A stretch of 20,544 nt of DNA, from positions 1-20,544 of the forward strand of contig CAXTTL010000067.1 in assembly GCA_964247135.1 (NCBI GenBank), written 5' to 3'. Position 1 is the stretch's first letter. Each line of letters begins with the position of its first letter. The DNA is from an uncultured Deinococcales bacterium. Its GTDB lineage: Bacteria; Deinococcota; Deinococci; Deinococcales; JAAFIG01. Positions 8,695-16,613 of this stretch are shown piece by piece. The notes beneath the pieces are model-generated. The model was given only the letters and a program-made list of their open reading frames with translations. It was not told the DNA's origin and made no database searches. A program made the translations under genes and the position numbers.

Positions 8695-9276
8695 GTGCCC
8701 GAAAACCCAACCCTCACCGACAAACGCATCAACCAGACGCGACGCGCCCTGACCGGCGCCCTGATCGCCCTGACCCTCGAGAAAGGCTACGACGCCCTGA
8801 CCGTGCGCGACATCAGCGAACGCGCCGACATCGGGTACGCCACGTTTTTTCGCCATTTTTCGGACAAAGATGCCCTGCTCGAGGATGTGCTCGAGGGAAC
8901 GTTGACCGATTTTTTGGGATTGATTCAGCCTGTCATCAACGATCCAGAACGCACCGTGACACTTGTTTTTGAGCACGTCAAACAAAACCCCGACCCTGTT
9001 CGCGTCTTGCTGCGCACCCGCAACGTCAGTCCACTTTTACCGCGCATATTCGCTTTTTCCTCGCAAGCCATGCTCGAGAGGCTGACCCCAAATCCCGAAA
9101 GCGTCATTCCACCCGAGATTGCCGCGCATCACATGATCGTCTCGATTCTCGAGTTGATCGAATGGTGGCTCGATCATGAGATGCCTTACCCACCAAAAAG
9201 CATGGGCAAAATCGTCAATGCGCTGATCATGCAGCCCACGCGAAATTTGGCTTTCCTTGAACGAACCCACAGCTAA
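8695..9276 (+). CDS. TetR/AcrR family transcriptional regulator
   Basis: DKRINQTRRAL..ALI.L..EKGYDALTVRDISERADIGYATFFRHFSDKDALL HTH; C-terminal I.WWL. Start refined to GTG 8695. Confidence 0.93.
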   Translation: MPENPTLTDKRINQTRRALTGALIALTLEKGYDALTVRDISERADIGYATFFRHFSDKDALLEDVLEGTLTDFLGLIQPVINDPERTVTLVFEHVKQNPDPVRVLLRTRNVSPLLPRIFAFSSQAMLERLTPNPESVIPPEIAAHHMIVSILELIEWWLDHEMPYPPKSMGKIVNALIMQPTRNLAFLERTHS

Positions 9277-9278
9277 AA

Positions 9279-9917
9279 TTAAGGCTCAATATAGGTTTTA
9301 AAATGCTGTTCAACAATGTCAGTCACTTCGTCCACCGATTGTGTACCATCAACCTCGAGTGTACACAATCCAAGCCCGATGGCTTGTTGCCTCAAATCCT
9401 CAGACAACAGCAAATCACGTCTGAAAAGGTTTTCCCGAGCCTGAATTGGATCACTGATCTGACCACCAAAAGAACCTTTGTTGCGCCGAGTCATCGAATC
9501 TTGTTTGAACTTTTCGGAAGGGAACAAAAATATCGCCTGATGCGTATTTATGATTGTTGATGCCAGCAATCCAGGTGTGAAACCAAACCCCTCGGCAATC
9601 AAAAACCGACCAGCAGGCAACCAAATGGCGTGCAAATCCTCAAGTATAAAATTCCAACGATCCTGAAAAGACTGCATTGCTCGAGCTGCCAACGCTGCGG
9701 GACTGGGTTTAAGCCAGTTTTCCTCGAGCGAGGCGTTCATAAATTTCGCATAGTCCGCCTTGGTTTGGGCAAGACGACGATGATGTGGCACGTCGCTGCG
9801 ATCATAATGGTAAACCGCCCACCCGTTTCGAGTGGCAAGTTCCTGGGCAACTGTTGTCTTGCCAGAATCGGTTGCACCACCGAGAAATAAAACATTTGTG
9901 AAGGGATAATCTGACAC
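9279..9917 (-). CDS. P-loop NTPase / kinase-like hypothetical protein
   Basis: Walker A LFLGGATDSGKTTVAQELA and C-terminal VDGTQSVDEV typical of the NMP/shikimate-kinase fold. AGGAGG RBS 5 nt before GTG 9917. Confidence 0.75.
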   Translation of the reverse strand: MSDYPFTNVLFLGGATDSGKTTVAQELATRNGWAVYHYDRSDVPHHRRLAQTKADYAKFMNASLEENWLKPSPAALAARAMQSFQDRWNFILEDLHAIWLPAGRFLIAEGFGFTPGLLASTIINTHQAIFLFPSEKFKQDSMTRRNKGSFGGQISDPIQARENLFRRDLLLSEDLRQQAIGLGLCTLEVDGTQSVDEVTDIVEQHFKTYIEP

Positions 9918-10033
9918 AAAAACCTCCTGACAGAACTTTATCGCCTCGAGCTTGGCGCAGACAAAGCAATTGCACACTGTCATCCGAGTCAGAATCGGCT
10001 ATACTTTCAAAAGATCAGCAAGCGATTCACCAT

Positions 10034-11638
10034 TTAATCCATCTCCGTCAGTCTCAAACTTGGAATTTCAAGTGTTTTATTGGCAACATTTTCGAGCAAC
10101 TTGCGATCGTGTGAAGCAAAAATGATGGTGCCGCTAAACTCGAGCAGCAATTTCTCGAGCGCCTGAATTGCGTCAATGTCCAGGTTGTTGGTGGGTTCGT
10201 CTAAGATCAACAGATGCGCTTTGGTCACGCTTAAACGCGCCAGCGAAAGTCGAGTCCGTTGACCGCCGCTCAAAGTCGATATGGCTCGAGTTGGGTCTTT
10301 TGGCAGCCCCAAGCTTGCCAATAATGCAAACAATTCTCGAGTCTCGAGGTCAGGATTTGCAGCGAGCAGTGCGTCTTTGAGGGTTTGGTATTCATCAAGT
10401 TCTTCAGTGTTCTGCCCAGCCCAGTAAATGTTCAACCCAACGCCAGTCAGAATTTTGCCGCTCGAGATTGGAAGTTGCCCAAGAATCGCTTTGATCAGCG
10501 TGCTTTTGCCGCCGCCGTTCGCACCGACGAGCGCCAATCGTTCGCCGCGCCGAACATGCAAATTGAGATGCTCGAGAATCAATTTCTCACCACGCTCGAG
10601 TTTTAAGTCCTCGAGCGTCAACACCTCATTTGGTCCGTGGTTGAGAAGCCCGAGTTTGATGCGGGTCATGAAGTTTTCTTCAAACGGTTTCTCGAGTTCG
10701 CCCATATGCTCAATGCGTTTCTCGAGCGCCAGTGTGCGTCGTCCGCTCTTGTGTGTGGCTCGGTTCATGAGGTGGCTGGCGGTGGTCTTGTCACGGCTTC
10801 CGACGCGGTGCTTGTTCTCGGCTCGAGAGGCTTGCTGGGCGGCAAGTTGCGCCTCAATGTGCAATTGTTTGACCTTGCGTTCGTGGTTCTCAAAGGCAAT
10901 CAACGCCGATTCTCGCAAGACCCGTTTCACCTCCATCGCCTCGGAATAATTTCCTGGATACTCGGTCAACTTTTGCCGCTCGAGTTCATAACATCGCGTG
11001 ACCGTTGCATCCAAGAACGCCCGATCATGCGATACAATCAAAAACCCTGCCTCAGAAGAATTCACAAAATCCTCGAGCCAAACCAGACTCTCGAGGTCAA
11101 GATGGTTGGTCGGTTCGTCGAGCAAATAAAAATCGCTCGGTTCGATCAGTAACCTTGCCAAAAGCGCTCGGCGTTCCTGTCCGCCAGACAGCGCTTGACT
11201 CGAGAAATCGCCGTTCAATCCCAAACCTGCCAGAATGCTTTCGGCTCGAGCTTCGATGTCGTAACCGCCAGCCACACGAAAATTCTCTTCTGCAATGGCG
11301 AACCGTTCAAGGTTTTCTTCACTTGGATGTTCAAGGTTTTGTTGTGCCATCTCGAGTTCGGTTTTAAGTTGCCTGTGACGCACTGGCAGCACAATCTCGC
11401 GTAAACTCCCTGTCTCAAGTTCAGACCGTTGCTCGAGGTACGCCATTCGCCCCGAACCACTGACCTCGCCAGCGTCAGGAAGCTCGAGTTTGGTCAAGAG
11501 TTTCATCAGTGTGGTTTTGCCACTGCCATTGCGCCCAAGAAGCCCGACGCGATCACCCGCATGAAGCTCGAGGGTTGCATTTTCAAAAATAAGATTGTCG
11601 GCGTAACGTTTTGTTACGCGCTTTAACAATAAACTCAA
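10034..11638 (-). CDS. ABC-F family ATPase (possible ribosomal protection protein)
   Basis: Two ABC domains (GRNGSGKTT, LSGGQ, LLDEPTNHLD; GANGGGKST, LSGGQ, ILDEPTNNLD), no TM segments, long helical linker. The GGAGG RBS favours TTG 11638 over 11644. Confidence 0.93.
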   Translation of the reverse strand: MSLLLKRVTKRYADNLIFENATLELHAGDRVGLLGRNGSGKTTLMKLLTKLELPDAGEVSGSGRMAYLEQRSELETGSLREIVLPVRHRQLKTELEMAQQNLEHPSEENLERFAIAEENFRVAGGYDIEARAESILAGLGLNGDFSSQALSGGQERRALLARLLIEPSDFYLLDEPTNHLDLESLVWLEDFVNSSEAGFLIVSHDRAFLDATVTRCYELERQKLTEYPGNYSEAMEVKRVLRESALIAFENHERKVKQLHIEAQLAAQQASRAENKHRVGSRDKTTASHLMNRATHKSGRRTLALEKRIEHMGELEKPFEENFMTRIKLGLLNHGPNEVLTLEDLKLERGEKLILEHLNLHVRRGERLALVGANGGGKSTLIKAILGQLPISSGKILTGVGLNIYWAGQNTEELDEYQTLKDALLAANPDLETRELFALLASLGLPKDPTRAISTLSGGQRTRLSLARLSVTKAHLLILDEPTNNLDIDAIQALEKLLLEFSGTIIFASHDRKLLENVANKTLEIPSLRLTEMD

Positions 11639-11655
11639 CGCCAAACCTCCAAATC

Positions 11656-11680
11656 AAGAAACGCCCCAAAGTTTCGGGGC
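11656..11680 (-). terminator. Intrinsic terminator (attenuator) in the ABC-F leader
   Basis: GCCCCGA-aact-TTGGGGC followed by GTTTCTT, immediately upstream of the ABC-F RBS. Confidence 0.7.
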
Positions 11681-11699
11681 AGATCGTGCCGATCAGGAT

Positions 11700-11717
11700 T
11701 TAGCGCAAGCGTGTCAA
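11700..11717 (-). CDS. Putative leader peptide MTRLR upstream of ABC-F
   Basis: AGGAG (11726-11730), 8-nt spacer, then TTG ACA CGC TTG CGC TAA. Confidence 0.6.
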   Translation of the reverse strand: MTRLR

Positions 11718-11919
11718 GAAATTTTCTCCTACAAGAAGCAAATGGTCGCTGCTCGAGAAACCCGAGCCAGTGATTTAGTTTTGCAGACAAATCGCCACCA
11801 CGTCAATACGCCAAAAACCTTATTTGACCAAAACAGTATCGCAAACGCGTCACCAGCCCTCGAGATTTGGGTTAAACTGCCCTTGAAATACAGCTCGAGC
11901 ATTCGGAGGAGGAGTCATC

Positions 11920-13074
11920 ATGGTGAAAACAGTTGGCGTTCTGTTGGCGGTCACACTGGCAGTCGTCGGGGTTTCGGCACTCGCGCAAAGTGGTCTGAAC
12001 AAACTCGGCAAAGGCGAAGGGCGGCTTGATATTGTCGCTTGGCCTGGTTACATCGAACGCGGCGCGTCGGACAAAGCCTACGACTGGGTCACGGCTTTCG
12101 AGAAAAAAACCAGTTGCAAAGTCAACGTCAAAACCGCAGGCACCTCTGACGAGATGGTCACGCTGATGAACCAAGGCGTCTACGACCTCGTGACCGCATC
12201 GGGCGACGCCAGTTTGCGCTTGATCGCAGGCAAAACCGTGCAACCCATCAACACCAAATTAATCTCGAGTTACGCCAAAATTGACAAGCGCCTGCAAAGT
12301 GCCGCCTGGCACACGATCAACGGCGTTCATTACGGTACACCCTACCAATGGGGTCCAAACGTGTTGATGTACAACACCGATGTCTTCAAAAGCGCGCCGA
12401 CCTCTTGGAGCGTGGTCTTTGAAGAACAAAACCTGCCCGACGGCAAAAGCAACAAAGGACGTGTCCAAGCCTACGACGGACCGATTTACATCGCCGATGC
12501 CGCGCTCTACCTGATGAAAAAAGACCCAAGCCTCGGCATCATCGACCCTTACGAGTTAACCGAAGTGCAATACGCCAAAGTGCTCGAGGTTCTGCGCAAG
12601 CAACGCCCACTGATCCAACGTTTCTGGCACGACGCCAACGTTCAAGTGCAAGACTTCACCAACGAAGGCATTGTCGCCAGTGGCTCGTGGCCATTCCAGG
12701 TCAACACTTTGCAAGCCAACAAACAAAAAATTGGCAGCACCGTGCCGCTCGAGGGCGCGACAGGCTGGGCAGACACGACCATGATGGGCAGCAAAGCCAA
12801 GCACCCAAACTGTGCCTACATGTGGATGGAGCACAGCCTGAACGCCAAAGTTCAAGGCGATGTCGCTGCTTGGTTCGGTGGCGTACCCGCCGTACCCGCC
12901 GCCTGTACTGCCAGCGATCTTCTTGGCAAAGAAGGTTGCAAAACCAATGGGTACAACAACTTCAACAAAATCAAATTCTGGAAAACCCCGACCAGCGCTT
13001 GCTTAAGCCAAAGCAAATGCGTGCCGTACAACCGTTGGGTGTCCGATTACGTGGCGATCATGGGCGGGAAATAA
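11920..13074 (+). CDS. ydcS: Polyamine-type ABC transporter substrate-binding protein (YdcS-like)
   Basis: EGRLDIVAWPGYIERG, TASGDASLRLI, YGTPYQWGPN, NLPDGKSNKGRVQAYDGPIYIADAAL and TGWADTTM match my recollection of E. coli YdcS. Strong GGAGGAG RBS. Confidence 0.93.
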   Translation: MVKTVGVLLAVTLAVVGVSALAQSGLNKLGKGEGRLDIVAWPGYIERGASDKAYDWVTAFEKKTSCKVNVKTAGTSDEMVTLMNQGVYDLVTASGDASLRLIAGKTVQPINTKLISSYAKIDKRLQSAAWHTINGVHYGTPYQWGPNVLMYNTDVFKSAPTSWSVVFEEQNLPDGKSNKGRVQAYDGPIYIADAALYLMKKDPSLGIIDPYELTEVQYAKVLEVLRKQRPLIQRFWHDANVQVQDFTNEGIVASGSWPFQVNTLQANKQKIGSTVPLEGATGWADTTMMGSKAKHPNCAYMWMEHSLNAKVQGDVAAWFGGVPAVPAACTASDLLGKEGCKTNGYNNFNKIKFWKTPTSACLSQSKCVPYNRWVSDYVAIMGGK

Positions 13075-13117
13075 CTCGAGCCGCAAGTTAAATCTCGAGT
13101 TTTTAAAAGAATGTATT

Positions 13118-13181
13118 GTAGGGGTGAACCTTCTTGACCATAAACGCGCACCTTGCGGGCATGGTCGCTTGTGTTCACCCT
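13118..13181 (+). repeat. GTAG-type REP palindrome interrupted by a micro-element
   Basis: GTAG-GGGTGAAC-c[insert 13131-13168]ttgt-GTTCACCC-T. Confidence 0.8.
13131..13168 (+). mobile_element. 38-nt hairpin micro-element (variant C) in REP loop
   Basis: TTCTTGACCATAAACGCGCACCTTGCGGGCATGGTCGC, near-identical to 1126-1162. Confidence 0.75.
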
Positions 13182-13283
13182 TTCCCACACATCGGGAATG
13201 CCAACATAAGGTCGCTCGAGATTTGGGTTTGCATATTGATAACCAATGAATTCTGTTCAAATGTTTAGAAATCGTTGATCCGC

Positions 13284-13345
13284 AGGGCGCATTGCTTTCT
13301 TGACCATAAAACGCACCTTTCGGGCATGGTCACATGCGCCCCTAC
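13284..13345 (-). repeat. GTAG-type REP palindrome (inverted partner) interrupted by a micro-element
   Basis: Minus strand reads GTAG-GGGCGCAT-[insert]agca-ATGCGCCC-T. Confidence 0.8.
13297..13333 (+). mobile_element. 37-nt hairpin micro-element (variant C) in REP loop
   Basis: TTCTTGACCATAAAACGCACCTTTCGGGCATGGTCAC. Confidence 0.75.
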
Positions 13346-13384
13346 GCGGAAAACCATAAAAACCATCGTCTCGAGGTTTCACCA

Positions 13385-14404
13385 ATGCTCAATCCAAATT
13401 CCAATTCTGTTGCCGTTCAACTCGAGGATGTGGTCTGCACTTTCGGCACGCCACCCAAAGAAACCAGGGCGGTGGATCACGTCAACCTCGAGATTCAAGC
13501 TGGAGAATTTTTCAGCTTGCTGGGTCCAAGCGGCAGTGGTAAGACAACATGTTTGCGGCTTATTGGTGGCTTCGAGCGTCCAAGCGCGGGTAAGATCAGT
13601 TTGTTCGGCACGGACGCCAGCCGTTTACCGCCGTACCAACGTGAGTTGAACACCGTGTTTCAAGATTACGCCTTGTTCCCGCACATGAACGTGCTCGAGA
13701 ATGTGGGTTACGCCCTGATGGTGCGTGGTGTGGCAAAAACCGAACGCGTTAAACGTAGCGAGGCGATGCTCGAGGCGGTGAAATTGTCGGGTTTTGGCTT
13801 GCGTAAACCCGCGCAACTTTCGGGTGGGCAACGGCAACGTGTGGCACTCGCTCGGGCGCTGGTCAACCGTCCGAAAATCTTGTTGCTCGACGAACCACTC
13901 GGGGCGCTGGATTTAAAACTCCGTGAGGAAATGCAGATTGAACTCAAAGCCTTGCAACGCGAGTTGGGCATCACCTTTATTTTTGTCACGCACGACCAAG
14001 GCGAAGCATTGTCGATGTCTGACCGCGTGGCGGTTTTTAACCACGGCAAAATCGAGCAACTTGACACGCCTCGAGTCTTGTACGATTCACCGCGCACCGA
14101 ATTTGTGGCGCGTTTTGTCGGCAGCGCCAACGTGATTTCTGGAAATTTGATCGGACGGACTGGCATATACGCCCTGCGTCCCGAAAACATTGCTGTGCTC
14201 GAGGGAACATTTGAGGGCACAAACCGTCTCCAAGGCGAACTGCTTGACATTCACTTTCTCGGTTCGCTGACTCGCCTCGAGGTTCGGGTGGGCAATGAAC
14301 GCCTGACCACGATGCAAAGCGTCACACCAACTTTTGAGCGCGGCGCAAAAATCACGCTCGAGTGGCAGGACAGCAGCTTGCGCAAACTCGAGGAAGCCGT
14401 ATGA
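13385..14404 (+). CDS. ydcT: Polyamine ABC transporter ATP-binding protein (PotA/YdcT-like)
   Basis: GPSGSGKTT, NTVFQDYALFPHM, LSGGQRQRVALARAL, LLLDEPLGALD, VTHDQ, C-terminal TOBE. Start refined to ATG 13385 (GAGG RBS). Confidence 0.92.
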   Translation: MLNPNSNSVAVQLEDVVCTFGTPPKETRAVDHVNLEIQAGEFFSLLGPSGSGKTTCLRLIGGFERPSAGKISLFGTDASRLPPYQRELNTVFQDYALFPHMNVLENVGYALMVRGVAKTERVKRSEAMLEAVKLSGFGLRKPAQLSGGQRQRVALARALVNRPKILLLDEPLGALDLKLREEMQIELKALQRELGITFIFVTHDQGEALSMSDRVAVFNHGKIEQLDTPRVLYDSPRTEFVARFVGSANVISGNLIGRTGIYALRPENIAVLEGTFEGTNRLQGELLDIHFLGSLTRLEVRVGNERLTTMQSVTPTFERGAKITLEWQDSSLRKLEEAV

Positions 14405-15336
14405 CCGCGCCGAAAGCTCGAGGCAGTTTTTTAGGACGTGCCCTCAGTTTCTTGCATGGTCGCCCAGTGCTTGGCTTGGTGCTGCTCTTGATCGCGCCAC
14501 TGCTCTGGATGGGCATTATTTACCTTGGCTCACTGCTGAATTTGTTGTTTTACAGTTTTTACTCGCTCGACGACTTCACAGGTCAAATCAAATACGACCT
14601 GACTTTTTCCACCCTGCAACAACTGTTCACCTCGAGCAGCAACATTGACATCGTGCAGCGCACTTTTGTCATGAGTGTGGTCGTGACGATTGCTTGCGCT
14701 TTGATCGCCTTTCCAATCGCGTACTTCATGGCGTTTCACACCAAAGGAAACTCCAAAGCGATCTGGATTTTGCTGGTGCTGCTCCCGCTTTGGAGTAGTT
14801 ACTTGGTACGGGTGTACGCCTGGAAACTGATCCTCGCCAAAGAGGGTGTCATCAGTTGGTTCTTGAATGCACTCGGCATTCACGGCGCATTGGACAGCAT
14901 CCTCAGCATTCCAATCATTGGTGGTACGAGTTTAAGCTCGAGTTACCTCGGCATGTTTCTGGTTTTTGTTTACGTTTGGTTGCCCTACATGATCCTGCCC
15001 ATTCAAGCCAGCCTCGAGCGCGTGCCAAAGTCCTTGCTGCAAGCCTCGAGCGACCTTGGCGCGAAACCGAGTCAAACTTTTTTTCGAGTGCTGCTGCCCT
15101 TGACCGTGCCAGGAATCGCGGCGGGAAGTATCTTTACGTTTTCGCTGACTTTGGGCGATTACATCATTCCAGGCGTGGTGGGCGCTCCAGGGTATTTTAT
15201 TGGGCAGATGGTTTACACCCAGCAGGGCAACGCGGGCAACATTCCGCTCGCCGCTGCCTTTAGCCTCGTGCCGATTGTGGTGATCGGGATTTACCTGACA
15301 ATCGCCAAACGATTGGGGGCTTTCGATGCGCTGTAA
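14401..15336 (+). CDS. ydcU: Polyamine ABC transporter permease (PotB/YdcU-like)
   Basis: LPLWSSYLVRVYAW, WLPYMILPI, ASSDLGA and FSLTLGDYI motifs. ATGA overlap with the upstream gene at 14401-14404. Confidence 0.92.
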   Translation: MTAPKARGSFLGRALSFLHGRPVLGLVLLLIAPLLWMGIIYLGSLLNLLFYSFYSLDDFTGQIKYDLTFSTLQQLFTSSSNIDIVQRTFVMSVVVTIACALIAFPIAYFMAFHTKGNSKAIWILLVLLPLWSSYLVRVYAWKLILAKEGVISWFLNALGIHGALDSILSIPIIGGTSLSSSYLGMFLVFVYVWLPYMILPIQASLERVPKSLLQASSDLGAKPSQTFFRVLLPLTVPGIAAGSIFTFSLTLGDYIIPGVVGAPGYFIGQMVYTQQGNAGNIPLAAAFSLVPIVVIGIYLTIAKRLGAFDAL

Positions 15337-15351
15337 AACTCGAGGTGCATC

Positions 15352-16158
15352 ATGACCAAACCCTCCATTGGCTTGCGAATTGCGGCTGGACTGGCGTTGC
15401 TGTTCCTGCATTTTCCATTGTTCATCATCATTTTGTACGCCTTCACCACCGAAGACCGCACCTACCAATTTCCGCCGCCAGGATTGACTTTTAAATGGTT
15501 TGGTGCCGCCGCCGCTCGAGCCGATATTTGGGCAGCAATGTGGTTGTCCGTGAAGGTCGCGGTCATGGCAACAGGTATTGCCATGCTGCTCGGCACACTG
15601 GTTGCTGCCGCGATGTACCGCGCGAAATTCTGGGGCAAAGAAGCCATCACGCTGCTGCTGATCCTGCCCATCGCGCTTCCAGGCATCGTCACGGGCATTG
15701 CGTTACTCTCGAGCATCCGCCGTGCCAATCTCGAGCCTGGGGTTTTAACGGTGGTGATTGGTCATGCCACGTTCTGCATTGTCACGGTTTTTAACAACGT
15801 GGTCGCACGGTTCAGGCGCATTTCGCACAGCCAACTCGAGGCGAGTGCTGATCTCGGTGCGGATGCTTGGCAGACGTTTCGGTTTGTGGTGTTGCCCAAC
15901 ATTGCTACGGCGCTTTTGGCAGGAGGCTTGTTGTCGTTCGCGCTCTCGTTTGATGAGGTGATCGTCACGACATTCACCGCAGGGCAAGAAATGACGCTGC
16001 CAATCTGGTTTTACTCCGAACTCTTCCGACCCAGAGACCGCCCAATTACCAACGTCGTCGCCATTTTCGTGATCGCTGTGACCATGATCCCGATTTTGCT
16101 GGTGCAACGCCTGACGCAAGCAGGCGAGGACCTGCACGGCGGCGGCAAAACATCTTAA
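15352..16158 (+). CDS. ydcV: Polyamine ABC transporter permease (PotC/YdcV-like)
   Basis: [45 protein letters not shown] and TLPIW motifs. Confidence 0.92.
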   Translation: MTKPSIGLRIAAGLALLFLHFPLFIIILYAFTTEDRTYQFPPPGLTFKWFGAAAARADIWAAMWLSVKVAVMATGIAMLLGTLVAAAMYRAKFWGKEAITLLLILPIALPGIVTGIALLSSIRRANLEPGVLTVVIGHATFCIVTVFNNVVARFRRISHSQLEASADLGADAWQTFRFVVLPNIATALLAGGLLSFALSFDEVIVTTFTAGQEMTLPIWFYSELFRPRDRPITNVVAIFVIAVTMIPILLVQRLTQAGEDLHGGGKTS

Positions 16159-16526
16159 TTCAAATCCCGACCACCGTAAAACGGGCAATCTCGAGACACC
16201 CGACTTGACCCAGGGCAACGCAAACTCCTCGAGCGCAACGCCAGCACTTGCGCGTCGGTCAGCGCATCGTTGCAAACAGGGCAAACGATTTTCAGTTCGT
16301 TCTTGGCGGTCACATCGACCACCTTCCCTCGAGATGCCGTGGTGTTCCTCGAGTTTGGAAAGTTCTGGTTGGCGTTGATGTCTCTCAGCATGGTTCTGGC
16401 TTTGGTGAACATTTGATACATGCCCTTGGCTTGCCGCCAGAAGCGCTGCACGGGTGCGAAATACCCGCGCAACCAGTACGCGAGCCACACCAGCAAAGCC
16501 AAAGCAATCACGAGGTTCAAGATCAT
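16155..16526 (-). CDS. Hypothetical membrane-anchored protein with C-terminal 4-Cys (Zn-ribbon-like) motif
   Basis: N-terminal hydrophobic helix; CPVC...CPG...CPF; TAAACT 8 nt upstream of the ATG. Confidence 0.7.
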   Translation of the reverse strand: MILNLVIALALLVWLAYWLRGYFAPVQRFWRQAKGMYQMFTKARTMLRDINANQNFPNSRNTTASRGKVVDVTAKNELKIVCPVCNDALTDAQVLALRSRSLRCPGSSRVSRDCPFYGGRDLN

Positions 16527-16613
16527 CGGAAAAGAGTTTAACCCGTGATGGGATTTGAAGAACGTGATTGAGGTTATGGCTCGAGGTAGAAGGCTGAACT
16601 CGAGTTTTGATTT

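Noticed and set aside
9918-9983. Cys-rich N-terminal extension MTVCNCFVCAK on the P-loop protein
   Set aside because: A strong AGGAGG before GTG 9917 indicates the shorter start; the extension is probably not translated.
13334-13384. ORF-track start of the ATP-binding gene at 13334 (and ORF 13275..13649)
   Set aside because: That ATG lies inside the REP palindrome; ATG 13385 has an RBS and matches the family N-terminus.
2256-16488. Long antisense or alternate-frame ORFs (e.g. 2256..3017, 5211..5867, 7512..8207, 13708..14250, 15745..16488)
   Set aside because: Shadow frames of well-supported genes, with no motifs or translation signals.
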